A DNA stretch of 64,000 nucleotides from Rebecca billardiae RCC1528. Its lineage: Eukaryota > Protista > Haptophyta. The DNA is taken from the NCBI GenBank assembly GCA_965240325.2, contig OZ251242.1, positions 310,001 to 374,000 on the forward strand, given 5' to 3'. The first letter of the stretch is position 1. Every line of letters starts with the position of its first letter. This document shows positions 9,670 through 21,921 of this stretch, piece by piece. The notes beneath the pieces were generated by a model that did no database searches, was not told the origin of the DNA, and worked only from the letters and a program-made list of their open reading frames with translations. The translations under genes and the position numbers were made by a program.

Positions 9670-12437
9670 TCAGCCGGCCTCCTCGCTCGGCTGCGGCTCC
9701 ACCGCGCCGCCCTGCAGCTGGCGCTTGACAAGCTCCTGGTACTCCGCGCAGCTCTCGAGCAGCTCGGCGTGCGTGCCCACGCCCGCGACGCGCCGCGCGC
9801 AGAGCACGACGATCCGATCGGCGGAGACCACCGTCGAGAGCCTGTGCGCGACGACGAGGGTGGTGCGCTGCTGCACCAACGTGTCGAGGGCGGCCTGCAC
9901 GAGCGCCTCCGACTGCGCGTCGAGTGCGGACGTGGCCTCGTCGAGCAGCAGCAGCGACGGGTCGTGCAGCAGCGCGCGCGCGATCGCGATCCGCTGCTTC
10001 TGCCCGCCGGACAGCCGGACGCCGCGCTCGCCCACGAGCGTGTCGTACCCGTCTTCGAAGCCGGAGACGAACTCGGCGGCGTTGGCCTGCGCCGCGGCGG
10101 CGCGCACGCGCTCGCGCAGCGCCGAAGCTTCCTCCGCGGCCGGCGGCGGCCGGCCGGCGGCGAGAGCGTCGGCGACCTCGGCGGCGTGCCGCGCGCGCGC
10201 GCCGTACGCGATGTTGTCCGCGATCGAGCACGCGAAGAGCGTCGGCTCCTGCGCGACGAGCGCGAGCTGGCGGCGCAGCCAGCGGCCGTCGACGCGCGGC
10301 AGCGGCACGCCGTCAATCAGAATGCGCCCGGTCGCGGGCTCATAGAAGCGCATCAGCAGGCCGATGATGGTCGACTTGCCGCCGCCCGACGGCCCGACGA
10401 GCGCGACGGTGGCGCGCTCGGGCACGCTCAGCGAGAGCCCTTCGAGCACCAGCGTGTCCGGCCGCGCGGCGTACGCGAAGCTCACCGCCTCGAACGCCAC
10501 GCGCGGGACAGTGCTGCCTGGTGCGCGCTCGGGCACCTCGCCCGCGCTGCCGGCCGCGTCGAGTGGCGACGGGATCGCCGGCACGCGGTCGATCAGCTGG
10601 AAGACGCGCGTGGACGAGCCGACCGCCTCCATGAAGGAGGAGAAGAGAGACGCGACCGTGCCGAGCGACGCGCCGATCTGCGGCGCCGGTGCGAGCACGG
10701 CGGCGGGGAGGTTGGTGAGGGCAGCGGGCAGGCGGTCGCGGGGCGCACCGCCGGGCGCGCGCGCGCGCGGCGCTGGCGCGCGAGGGGAGGGTTGCGCACG
10801 CTCCCCCGCGACGCGGTCTGGCGGGCGGGCGGACGCGCGCGCCCAGCTCGCACCTGCACCGCGTACATCACGAACGAGATCAGATCTCCCAGCCGCGCGT
10901 GCCCCTGCAGCACGAGCGTGCAGCCGAACCACAGGATGGCCACCATGGCCAGGTAGAAGGCGAGGGTCATGGACGCCATGAACGCCGCGCCGTAGCACGC
11001 CTTGGCGATGCCGAGGGCGTACGCCGAGCGCTCGGCGGCGGGCGCGCCGGCGCGCGCGCAGCACGCGCCCGAGACCAGCGCGCACGCGAGGCTGACCAGC
11101 CCCTCCGTACCCGGATTACCCACGGCGGTAATATACCCGCCCAGCTGCAGCGCCTCCGCGCCGAACGCGCGCACGGTCTTGACCGCGCCGAGCGCCTCGG
11201 CGGACGTGTCCGACGCGCGCGAGACCGCGTCCTGGTACTTCTCGGACACGGCGCGGATCGCGCGGCCGTACAGCACGCCGAACACCGCCATCGGCGGCAC
11301 GACCGCCAGGCAGACCAGCGTGAGCTGCCACTGCGTCGCGGCCATCAACACGATGGAGAGGGCGCACATCATCAGCGAGCGCAGCAGCGCGGAGACGTTC
11401 GAGGTGGCCGCGTCCTGCAGCTTGGTGCAGTCCGCCATCAGCCGCGAGAGCAGCTCGCCCGACTTGGCCGCGTCGAAGAACGCCGGCTCCTGCGACAGGA
11501 TCGCGCCGAAGAGCGCACCGCGCAGCCGCGCGACCACTCGCTCGCCGGCCGAGTTGAAGAGGAACGCGCGCACAAACGTGAGCGCGGCGCCGGCGGCGAG
11601 GATGCCGACGAGCTGCAGCGTGTGCGCGCCGAGCCGCGCGCCGTCCGCCTCGACCACCGAGTCCACGAGCAGCCCGAAGAACTTTGGCACCAAAAGGTTG
11701 GCCAGAGAACCGCCGAGCAGGCAGCCAAAACCGACGGAGAGCGCCGGCCACTCCGGGCGCGCGAGGCCGAGGATGCGCCCCGCCTTCGCGGTGAGGCCCG
11801 CCGCGGCTGGCGCGGGCGAGGGCTCGGGCGCGGGCGCGCCGCCCGAGGGCGGCCCGTCCTCGCCGCCATCCGCCGCCGCGCCGTCGAGCAGCGGCGCGCC
11901 CAGCGAGCCGTCGCCGACGGCGGAGCGCGCGCCCGCCGCCCAAGACACGGCCGCGCTCGCGCGCAGCAGCGCGCCGAGCTGCGCGGCGCCGAGCACGGCG
12001 TAGCCCACGAGCACGCCGATCGAGAGCCGCGCGAGCTCGCGCGCGTGCGCCGACGCCGGGTGCTCGCGCCGCGGCGTGTGCGCCCAGTGCAGCAGCTCGA
12101 CGACCGCCGCGCACACGCCGATCACCGACGCGACGACGGCCCACGACGCACCGAGCGGCAGGCGCGCTGAGGGCGCGGCGCAGGCGCGAAGCAGCGCCCC
12201 CACTGCGCCGCGCAGCGCGGCGCACGCCGCGAGGATCCACAGGTGCGGCAGCGAGCGCAGCACGTGCGCCTCAAACCACGACGATGACGAGGCCGGCGAC
12301 GGCGACGGCGGCGCGACGGGCGCAATGTACGCGAGAATCGCGAGGCCCGACGCGCCGAGGAGGGCGTCGAGCGCGAGGAGCACGCCCAGGAGCACGCGCG
12401 CGGCGAGCGCGCCCGCGTCACGACGCGCAGGGGCCAT
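9670..12437 (-). CDS. ABC transporter B-family half transporter (ABCB10/TAP-like); exons 12437-10854 and 10677-9670
   Basis: TMD motifs GERVVARLR..QEPAFFD..SGELLSRL; Walker A GPSGGGKST; signature LSGGQKQRIAIARA; Walker B LLLLDEATSALD; AHRLST. GT-AG intron 10853-10678 restores the frame. Confidence 0.93.
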
Positions 12438-12846
12438 TCGCGCCTATGGTAATGGCGATCGGCGAGTGGTGTCGGCACGCTCGCCTGGATGACGCGCCCC
12501 CAACTCTTCCTTTTTTAGTTTTTTTCCCCTTCGGCTGCCAGCTTTCCTTTTTTTCTCATCATCCGCGGTGCGGCGGTGGTCGGTGGCTGCCACGAAAGAA
12601 GGCGCCGCGACTCCTGACCACCTATCCATACCGTACCTAGAAAACTGCATGTGACGGTTGGGTCGAACGTCTGGACTCCAAGGAGAAAGAACTGAGACTT
12701 CAAGCTCAAAGCGAGCTAGCGGCAGGCCAGGGCGGCGGCGGCTGCACCGCAGAGCGCGGCGCCGGCTGGTCGGCCGCACGTGCCCAGCGGCGGACCCGCG
12801 CGCGCGTGCGCGCCGCATTCTCGGAGCCGCGCCACGCACGGGCCAG

Positions 12847-15105
12847 ATGCGCCCAGACGCGCCGGCGCTGCCCTCTTCGCTCCGCCGCGACCTGACGCCC
12901 GCGCTCGATGGCGCGGGCGCGGGCGGCGGCGCGGGCGCCGAGCAGGCGCCGGCCGACACACACGCGGTCGACGCGAGCGTGACGCGGCAAGGGTGGCTGT
13001 ACAAGCTCTCCACCACTGCCGTGATGCCCCACTGGACGCGCCGCTGGTTCGTCCTCTGCGGCGGCTCCCTGTACTACTTCAACTCGGCGAGCGTAACCAC
13101 GGAGCCCACCCTCTTTGCGCACCTGAGGGACGTTGAGGTGCATGCGCAGCCGCCGCAGGCGCCGGGGCGCGGCGCGCCGCGGCAGCAGATCTGCTTCGCG
13201 CTCGGCCCGCGCCGCGCGGCGGGCGGCTCCGTCGCCGGGAGCGTCGCGAGCGGCAGCTGCGGCGGCAGCTTCAGCGCGAGCAGGGGACGGACCGCCGCGA
13301 ACGCGGGCGGCGGCGGCGGCGGCGGCGCTCGTCTCGATCCGCTGCACCGGCCGCTGTCGGAGGGCGACGCGGGCTCGCTCGGCGGCGCCATCTCGCCCGC
13401 CGCCTCCGCCGCCTCGGGCCCGGGCTCGAGCGCGAGCGGCCAATCCGACCCCTCGGCCGCGCGCGCGCGCACGCCTGTGCGCGGCGGCGCCCGCAAGAAG
13501 CGGCCGGGCAGCGGGCAGAGCACGCCTCCCCGCGCGCCGCCCGCGCCGCCGACCTTGTTCCTGGCGGCGGACACGGTGGACGGCAAGTACGGGTGGGTGC
13601 GGCAGCTCGAGGCCGCGCGCGCGCTGCCCCCGTGCCCGGTGCTCTCGCTCAAGACCGCGCTCGAGCGCGCCGCCCGCCAGCGGAATGTCGACGTGAATCT
13701 GCTTGCCGCCTCGCTGGGCGAGGCGGAAGCGGAGGCGGAGGGCCTGCGCGGCGCGCTCGACGAGGCGCGTGCGGAGGCGGAGGCGCTGCGCGCGGCGGTG
13801 CAGTACAAGGACGCGCAGCTCTGGACGCTCTCGCAGGCCATCGACTCCGCGCTCCCCGCGCCGATGCGCATGCTCCGCCGCTGGTTGGCGCCTCGGGTCG
13901 TCGACGACGCGCCGGTGGCGCGCGGCGCGGGTCCTTGGCAGCTGTGGCGCTTCGGCGGCGGCGGCGGCGGCGGTGGTAGCGGCGGGCTGGGCCGGATGGG
14001 GACGGGCACGCGGCGCTCGCGGCTGGACCGGCTGAGCAGGCAGGACCTGGGCCTCCCCGACGACGCGGCGCACCCCGCGCACCTCGCACACCCGGAGCAC
14101 GGCTCCTTTTGGAACCCGGCGCGCGCCGGCGCCGCGGGCGAAGTCTCGGGCGTTCCACTTTCCTTCCACAAGTCGCCTCTGATGTATGTGGGCATGTCGG
14201 GCTGGCTGACGAAGCAGTCGAAGGGCGGGTACACGACCAATTGGAACCGCAGGTGGTTCGTGCTCATCGAGGGCTCGCTCTACTACACCTCCTCGCCGGT
14301 ACGTGCCGCGCGCGGCGCACGCGGCGGGCGGGCTCGCGGCGCGGCGACGCGCGCTGAGCCGCGCGCCGCGCGCGCGCGCGCATGCGCCCGCGGCGGCTGC
14401 GGCCGGCGGCTGCGCGCAGGAGATGGACGAAGAGCCGAAGCTGTTCTGCCACCTGCTGCAGTGCCAGCTCCTCCCCTTCGTCGAGGTGGGCAAGGAGCAC
14501 GCCTTCGGGCTGTGGACGCCGCTCGGCGGCGGCGAGGAGCTCGGCGTGCAGCTGCTGCTGCATGCAGATTCGGCCATCGATCGATATGAGTGGCTGGAGG
14601 CGATCGAGGAGCACCTCGAGCTGCCCGCCGTCGAGCCTGAGGACGCGCAGGTGCGGCGCGGTGGCGGGGCGCGCGCGGGGCGGGGGCACGGCCGAGCAGC
14701 GTTCGCTCGGCGCCGCCCCATCACGCGCGCCGCGCGCAACCCCTGCTCACGCGCGCGCGCGGCCGCCGCGCGCGCGCGCGCTCGGCGCAGGCGCTGTGCG
14801 AGGGGCGCTACTTGCTGCTGGACGTGGGGGAGCGCAAGCTGCGGAACGCGGCGCTGAACCAGATGGCGCGCTCGCTGCACACGCTGCAGGTGCCGCGCGG
14901 GGATCAGCCCCTCGGGTTAGCCGGCCGTGCAGGCGGTGTGAACGGCGGTGGTGCGCCGCCGCAGCGCAATGGTCGCGCCGGCGGCCTGGCGCTCGGCGCG
15001 GCGGCGGCGCTCGGGAGCGTGTGGGGGCCTGCCGCGGTGTCGGCCGGGCGGCGAGACGAGCGTGCGCAAGAAGACATCTTCGCGCGCCTCGTCCCGAACA
15101 TCTGA
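12847..15105 (+). CDS. Double PH-domain protein with central coiled coil; exons 12847-14298, 14420-14650, 14791-15105
   Basis: PH starts RQGWLYKL..WTRRWFVL..LYYF and SGWLTKQ..WNRRWFVL..LYY; PH C-terminal helices LAADTVDGKYGWV and LHADSAIDRYEWL. Two phase-0 GT-AG introns. Confidence 0.8.
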
Positions 15106-15743
15106 GGACTCGGGACAGACCGCGGACCAGTGATGCCACGGATCAGTGTGACGCTGACCCTCATATCGTCCCCTGACGAGAAGGTTACATCCGCACACCT
15201 ACTAGACGCTGATAGTAACACCTAGTACGACGCGGAAGATAATCAGATTCGTCACTGGAGACAACGAAACATATCCGAAACCTCAAACCACACACACATA
15301 AAGTATATATAATTTAATGTCAAAATATAAAGAACACAAAATTAAAAACCAAAATAAAATTCACCATTTACTCGCATGCCAACGGCATCATGATCATTTT
15401 TATTACTATCTAAATTTTATTTTGATAGTAACATTGTTATTACTAACTAGTATAATGACGTTGTTACTGCTATACAGTTAGTATGACATTGGTAGCTATC
15501 TCGGTAGTGACACTGTCACTACTAAGCTAGATCTATACTTCGTCAATCTATACTTGCTATAATACTATACTTCAATCCCGGTCAGTCATCTCAGTCTCAG
15601 ACATTGATAGATAGATATCCGACTCGAGTCGTCTCGGCGTCTGTCATTCTCTTGAAAGTTATTCTGGCGTCCGCCGGAACAGTCATCAGCATAGTCTAGC
15701 TGCTCTCTCTCTCGTCTCTAGCTAAGCTGCTACTAGAATCATT

Positions 15744-15795
15744 ATCATCATCATCATCCAATATGATCCATCATCATCATCATCATCATCATCAT
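15744..15795. repeat. (CAT)n microsatellite, interrupted
   Basis: Visible ATC/CAT runs in an AT-rich spacer. Confidence 0.85.
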
Positions 15796-15920
15796 TGACA
15801 TCGTCGTCTGAATAGTAATAATAAAGCTGGTTACAAAGTACGACTACTAAATATACTAACTTAATTTAGCGTGTATCTGTGAAGTCCTGTCTAACTACCC
15901 GTTCGACCGCCTATGCCCTA

Positions 15921-16220
15921 TCCGGACGGGGCATCGAGCTCGAGCCAGGCCCGCATCCAGACCTGCGTGTAAAGTTGTAAAGTGTAAAGTACATCCGGGA
16001 GCCAGGCCGGACCTATCCGGACAGCCGTCCGGCCACGCTGCACGCACGCGTGCGGGCTGTGCCGACGCGCCGCGCCGGCCGGCTGCCGGGCGCACGAGGG
16101 CGTGTATGACAGTGTGAAAAAGTAAATCCGGGCGCCTCCGGACGGGGCATCGCGCGCCGCGCAAGCTGCTTGGCCCAGCAACCCCCCGTAAAAGTTGTAA
16201 AGTGTAAAGTAAGTCCGGGG
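15921..16220. repeat. Imperfect direct repeat with ~216-220 bp period, probable transposon subterminal region
   Basis: TCCGGACGGGGCATCG at 15921 and 16137; AAAGTTGTAAAGTGTAAAGTA at 15971 and 16191. Confidence 0.7.
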
Positions 16221-16762
16221 CTTTCGCGGGTCCAATCCGGGATCCCGCAGCCCGAGCGGCGGCGCGATGTTCGCCGCCATGGTCGATGGTGTTCGCAAGC
16301 ACGTTCAGAAGCCGCCCGCCCTCGACGACGCGATCTGCACGTGCGCGCGTTGGTCAGAGCACACGCGTGACGTGGGTGAGTCGGGGGACTACCCACTACG
16401 AAGCAAAGTAGAGCGTGAAGCAAGGTAGAGTGTGTTTCCGCGTGCGCGCTCGGGCAGCTCTGCTGTGACCCCTCGGCCACGTCGTGATGTGTGCGTCCGC
16501 GCGCACGGCCACGCCAGCGTGGCCAGTGCGCTTCCTCTTCAACGACACCAACGAGCTCGCCCTGGCGCACAACGTTGGCAGCAGCGCCGTGACTACACGG
16601 CTGCTGGTGGTGCGCGCGTCCGGTTGGCCACACCCTCGTGACTCTGCGGCTGCGCGCAGAAGCAGCGCCACCGGCGTGCTGCTGCCTGCCGGCATGCTGG
16701 TGGCGCCCGCGCCCGCGCCGCCGCCGCCATTTTGTGACCGTCCCACCAAGGGGACTCCCCTT

Positions 16763-16794
16763 GCTTTTGAGCCGGACTGGCTCCCCGAGGGGGA
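16763..16794 (+). repeat. 32-bp dispersed repeat, copy 2
   Basis: Matches 1999-2030 with one mismatch; preceded by palindrome CAAGGGGA-C-TCCCCTTG. Confidence 0.8.
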
Positions 16795-17525
16795 GACCAT
16801 CACCGGCCAAGGTGGTCCAGTCAAAGGGCGCGGGTACTTCTGAACCGATTTAATTCCTCCGAGACTCCGACTAATGAGCCAATCATTGAATTGGAGGCTA
16901 AGTGCAAAAAAGTCAAAATAGTACTCACGCAGTGATTGAGATTGGGAGATTGTCCTCAACTTGAAACTGTGCCATGGACCTCGTTAATTTGCAATCAGTC
17001 CCAAATTATTTTTGATCACGATGGACGCCGCCGCGCAGGAATCTCCCTTCGATCCAGCTGTGTGAAGCTTCTGAAGAGTTTAGCCGTAAACAAGGCGAGC
17101 AACCGTTGAATTGGCGTTCTCGGTACAGTGCTTTCTTCGCTTTCAGGCCCCCCTGGGCGACGCTGGCCTCGCGCGAGCGTTCGTCCCGAGCTCGGAGGGT
17201 GAGCTCGGAACGTGCCGAAGCCCTCAACCGCCTCGCTCGCCCCTAATTGTTTCGCCTAATTGGCAGATGTTCCGTCGGCCTCCCGGGACAACGAAACACA
17301 AGGCAAAGATTCTGCGCAACGAGATGAGGATCCTTGCAAGGATTGAGCTCGGGTGAATCGCTATTAATTGGCTCGCGCACTCCAAGCTCTCCCCACTCAC
17401 GGGCGGTACGCCGCCACTGGCAAGATCTGCTCCACCGAACGTGGATCATCGCGAACACCACTGCGCGCGCGGTGCACGAGCCTGCTCGCACACGCTGCGT
17501 TGGGGGGCGCAATACGCACACCAAC

Positions 17526-19559
17526 ATGGTGGTCGGAATACTACTCGTGGCCATGCACGCGCTCGCACGTGCGGACGCCGGCAGCGACGCCTATCGCGAC
17601 GCATCTGCACGCGCGGACGCGGCGCCGTGCGGCCTCGCGGACGCAAGCGTCGGCGGCGTCGGCGGCGGCGTGCTCGTCGCTGGGGACGGCGCGCTGGCCG
17701 CGCGGCCGGCGGCGGCACTCCTCGTTGTCCTCCTGACGACGCTCGCGCTGCTCGCGCGAGCCCTTGCGCGTACCCGCGCCGAGCTCGCCGCCGCGCGCCG
17801 CGGCATGCGGCTCTGGTCGCATGAGTCGAAGAACGCTCTGCTCGGCGCGCTCGCGACCGTGGACGCGGCGCGGGACGCGCTCGCGCCGCTGCAGGAGGAG
17901 GAGGGCCTCGTCGCGCAGAATGCCGCGCACACCTTCGCCACGCTCGACGACGCCTCCACCGAGCTGCGCACCGCGATCGACGCGCTGCTTGACACGACGC
18001 GCGCCAACGCGCTCGCGGCCGGCACCTATCGCTCGCAGCGTGTGGCGGTGGACCTGCGCGAGCTGCTCGGCATGTCGGCGCGCGTGACGGGCTGCTCGGC
18101 GCGGCACGTGCTCGAGGTCTCCGTCGAGGGCGGCGGCGCGCCGCTCGTCTCCGTCGACGCCGACGTCCTTCGGCACGCGCACGCGAACGCGCTGAGCAAC
18201 GCATGCAAGTACGGCGATCGGCAGCGCCCAATCAGAACGCGCGCAGAGGTGTCGCGCGCGGGGCAGCTGCGGCTGAGCGTGACGAACGCGCCGGGGCCGG
18301 GCCACGCCGCGCTGCTCGAGCTCAGCGCGCGCGCCGCCGCCGACCTGCTCTGCACCCCCGGCACGCGGCTGCGCGTCAACCGCTGCAACACGGGCGCCGC
18401 GATTGCGCGCGCGTCGGCCGGCGACGGCGGTTGGATCATGGCTACGTGTGCGCGCGTGCTCGGCGGCGAGATGGGCTTCGAGGCGCGCGAGGGCGGCGTG
18501 GAGTGGGCGCTCACGTGCCCCGCGCCGCTCGTCGCGCCGTCCGCCGACCGGCAAGAAGCGGAGGCCGCGCCCACCGTCGAGCCAATCCTCGCACCCATCT
18601 CAGCTGCCGCCGCGGCCGCGGCCGCGGCCGCGCAGCACGGGCCACCTGCGGCCGCGCTGCCCGCGTCGCCGCCGCCGATTCGGCGGGCGCAGAGCGCCAG
18701 CGCGCCGCGCACGGCGTGCGGCAGCAGCGCCGACGTGTTCCGCCTGCCGCCGCACGCGTACGTCCTCTGCGTCGACGACTCGCGCGTCCAACGCTCAGTG
18801 CTCGCGCGCACCGTCCCCGGCGCGCTCGGTGTCCCGGCCGCGCGAACGATCGTGCGCGGCAAGGACGCGGATGAGATCGGCGACTTTGGCGCGCTCGTGC
18901 AGCGGATGGTGCGCGCGGAGCCGGACGCGGCGTTCCTCGTGATCGCCGACGAGCACCTCAGCGGGCCGGACACCCTCGCCGCCGCCGCCGACGTCGACGG
19001 CCCGCTCGGCGGAGTGCACACCGGCGCGCCCGGCGCGCCCGGCGCGCTGCGGCCGGCTGGCGGCAGCGCCGTGTCCGGCTCGGCCATCCTCGCCGAGCTG
19101 CGCGCGGCGCTCGGCGCCGAGCTCGAGCGGCGCGTGCTGTGCGTCGTGCGCACCGCGGACGACGGCGAGGAGACCGCGGCGTACATCCGCCCCGGCCACG
19201 CGCACGGTGTGATCGGTAAGGCGCAGGCGGGCGCCGCCGCGCTGCGCCAGGCGATCGAGCCGCTGTGGCGCATGCACTTTGACGAAATCGACGGCGGCGG
19301 CCGGCGGCCGCGGCCGCAGCGCGGGGACGGCCTGCCCGTGGACACGTCGTCCGAGCCCCCCTCCCTCTCCGCATCGCCCTCGTACTCCGAGCGGCTCGTC
19401 CCGCGCACCCCGTCGTCGGGCCGTGGCAGCTGCGCCAGCTGCGTGGACCTCCCGTTGTGGACGCAGGCGCAGGCCTCCACCCCCACGGGCGGCTCCGGGC
19501 TCGCAGTCGCAGTCGCAGCGCCGCTCGGCTCGAGCCTCGGGCTCGGGCTTGGCCACTGA
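17526..19559 (+). CDS. Membrane-anchored hybrid histidine kinase (HisKA, atypical HATPase, receiver-like domain)
   Basis: Hydrophobic N-terminus and TM segment; H-box WSHESKNALLG; N-box NALSNACKYG; G-box-like AGDGGWI..CARVLGG; receiver start VLCVDDSRVQR and FLVIADEHL. Confidence 0.8.
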   Translation: MVVGILLVAMHALARADAGSDAYRDASARADAAPCGLADASVGGVGGGVLVAGDGALAARPAAALLVVLLTTLALLARALARTRAELAAARRGMRLWSHESKNALLGALATVDAARDALAPLQEEEGLVAQNAAHTFATLDDASTELRTAIDALLDTTRANALAAGTYRSQRVAVDLRELLGMSARVTGCSARHVLEVSVEGGGAPLVSVDADVLRHAHANALSNACKYGDRQRPIRTRAEVSRAGQLRLSVTNAPGPGHAALLELSARAAADLLCTPGTRLRVNRCNTGAAIARASAGDGGWIMATCARVLGGEMGFEAREGGVEWALTCPAPLVAPSADRQEAEAAPTVEPILAPISAAAAAAAAAAQHGPPAAALPASPPPIRRAQSASAPRTACGSSADVFRLPPHAYVLCVDDSRVQRSVLARTVPGALGVPAARTIVRGKDADEIGDFGALVQRMVRAEPDAAFLVIADEHLSGPDTLAAAADVDGPLGGVHTGAPGAPGALRPAGGSAVSGSAILAELRAALGAELERRVLCVVRTADDGEETAAYIRPGHAHGVIGKAQAGAAALRQAIEPLWRMHFDEIDGGGRRPRPQRGDGLPVDTSSEPPSLSASPSYSERLVPRTPSSGRGSCASCVDLPLWTQAQASTPTGGSGLAVAVAAPLGSSLGLGLGH

Positions 19560-20802
19560 TGACTGCTGATCCGGTGGTGACTGCATGACGACAGTTCCCT
19601 TCATCATAAACAGCTATATAGCGTTTATTTAATTTATAATAATTATAATTTATATACTCCCAGCAGGTTACTGAATACTGATGCTCGGTGACCGCCTTAC
19701 GAGTTAATCGAGTTAATATAATTACGCCCGGCGATTTAATAATAATATAATATATAATATTATTACGGTTCTGTGAGTCTGCGTGGCAGCTGATTTTATG
19801 ACTGATCTATCCGCGACGACGACGACTACTTAGCAGTCTCAATAATTACTGATGTCAAGAAATATTCGGCGGATTACTCTAGTTTGTGTCAACTCTTCGT
19901 GACATAATCCGTCTTTTCGCACTCCGCTGTTGATCATCGCTCCGCCGTCCAGCTCGACATCCGCAGCAGCAATGCCCCAAGTTTACTTCCCACTTTGGCA
20001 TTTTGCACCTTTGACACATCGGACATCCAGCAAAGTTCACGTCCGAACAGTCACACTCTTACCTTTCGATCTTATTCATCGTCTTTGTCGATTATACCTT
20101 GGGCCTCCAAGTTTTGCCCAGCAGTTTAATCGTCACGACTTTCCAGCTTCTTATTCTTCGAGTTCAATTTATCGTACTTCGTCATTTTAATTTTTTCGGT
20201 CTTTCTCTCGGGCATGCCTACCACACCCGAGCTCTCGACCTTGCCGAAGGACCTCCCTATTTGATTCGGTCAAGAAGCTTCCGCCGGACAATTATTCCTA
20301 CTCGTCACGTACATTCACGACGAATGTCGAGAATCTATCCGTGGTTGACCGTTCGGGCAACGTTCCCGAACGGCTTACGCGCCGAATAATTTCCCGTTAT
20401 TGTTGCGCAATCAATTCGTCAGTTTTGTGCACACCTGCTATTTAGCAGACGGTTTGCACCTTTCCGCGCCCGCCAGATGCCGCGTGTGGGCACCTCGCTT
20501 TGCCTTTCGCCTTTTGCCTCCCGAGCGACCGCGAGGTCCATCACCGCCCGTCCGCGTCGTCGCCGCGACGCTGAGTCACGTGCCTGACGCGCGCGCTAAC
20601 CGAGTATCTGACAATTACACATCAGTCTCAGCGCTCTATAAGCGGCTAGCTATCACTACCGTCCGTTATGTCCGTGTCCGTGACGCCGGTGCCCGTGATG
20701 CGGCATGTGATGCGCGCGCGCGGCGCGGGGCGCCCCGACGCCGGACGCGGCCTACGCCGCGCAGGCTTCGCAAACCGGAAACCCGCCAACGCGAGCAGCT
20801 GG

Positions 20803-21519
20803 TCAGAAGCCCACGCCGTCGAAGCCATGCTCTGCCCAGCCCGCGTCAGGCTGCTCTGCGGCCGAGCGCCAGTGCGTCCGACGCCGAGCCGGCGGCGCGC
20901 GCCGCGCCGTGCGCCGGTTCGTGTCCTCTGCGTGGTGGTGGTCGTCGTCGTCGTCGTCGAGAGCGTAGCGCTCAGTGACATGTAGCAGGTGCGCGGCGCG
21001 GGTGAGCGTGCGCGCGTGCGCGGAGCCCGGGCGTCGCGCCGGCGGGCGCAGCGCGTCCAGGCTCGCCGCCTCGAGCCCCGCCCGCCGCGCGTCCAGCACA
21101 GACTCTCCGCCCCCCAGCGGCGGAACACCAAGGTCCGCCCAGTGCGCGCGCCGAGCGAGCGTTGTGTAGCCCAGGGGCATGCGGAGGAGCTCGAGCGGCT
21201 CGATGCACTCGACGACGATCTTGCCACGCCGACCAACGGGTGCACGCGCGCCCCACGCGCGGCAGCGTAGCACCGCGCGCGGCGCCACGCGCAGCGCACT
21301 CGCGCGCGGCACGTCGGCCGCCGCCGCGCGTTCAAACGTCGCGTAGCAGTAGTAGCCGCCCCCGCCGTGCGCGGCGGCGCCGAGTGGCCCGAGCGGCTGG
21401 CGCATGGCCACGCCGAGCGCGTACTCGGTCCGGCCATCGTACACCGAGAGCAGCCGCGTGCCCACGCGCGCCACTTGCTTGAACACCTCGACCACCTCCG
21501 AGCCGTCGTCGGCCGTCAT
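20803..21519 (-). CDS. Conserved hypothetical protein (protist-type domain of unknown function)
   Basis: ATG-started ORF with globular composition: FKQVA..LSVYDGRTEYALG..HGGGGYYCY..PRAVLRC..G..GK. Family resemblance is from memory. Confidence 0.65.
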   Translation of the reverse strand: MTADDGSEVVEVFKQVARVGTRLLSVYDGRTEYALGVAMRQPLGPLGAAAHGGGGYYCYATFERAAAADVPRASALRVAPRAVLRCRAWGARAPVGRRGKIVVECIEPLELLRMPLGYTTLARRAHWADLGVPPLGGGESVLDARRAGLEAASLDALRPPARRPGSAHARTLTRAAHLLHVTERYALDDDDDDHHHAEDTNRRTARRAPPARRRTHWRSAAEQPDAGWAEHGFDGVGF

Positions 21520-21921
21520 CCCTCACGCCCGGGTCGAGGGCACGGCCGGTTCACCGTCCGGAGTCCGGACCGCGATGATTTTCGGGGTTCGAGTCGGCCG
21601 CGCGACGGCGATTTTGTGCGGATTAATTCACGCGGACGAAATAGTCATGTTCCGGCGCACAAAGCCGCTCCGGAGCGCAAATGGCGCGAACCGCAACTCC
21701 ACAAGACCACAACACTGAACCTGATGAATCCCGATATAATCATGCGCCCTGCGCTAGGACAGTGCGGGTACCTTTCACACAAGTCCAATAGGTGCCAATA
21801 AGTGTGGCGGCCCTGGACTCGCGAACGAGCAGTCGCGCAGTGCAGTCAGCAGTGCTTCCGCCAAGCAGCGCGCCCGGCCACTCGCGCGCGCACGCTCGGG
21901 CGAGCCACGCCAACGAGCACG

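Noticed and set aside
21540-21605. tRNA or SINE suggested by the B-box-like GGTTCGAGTC
   Set aside because: No T-stem pairing, cloverleaf or convincing A-box
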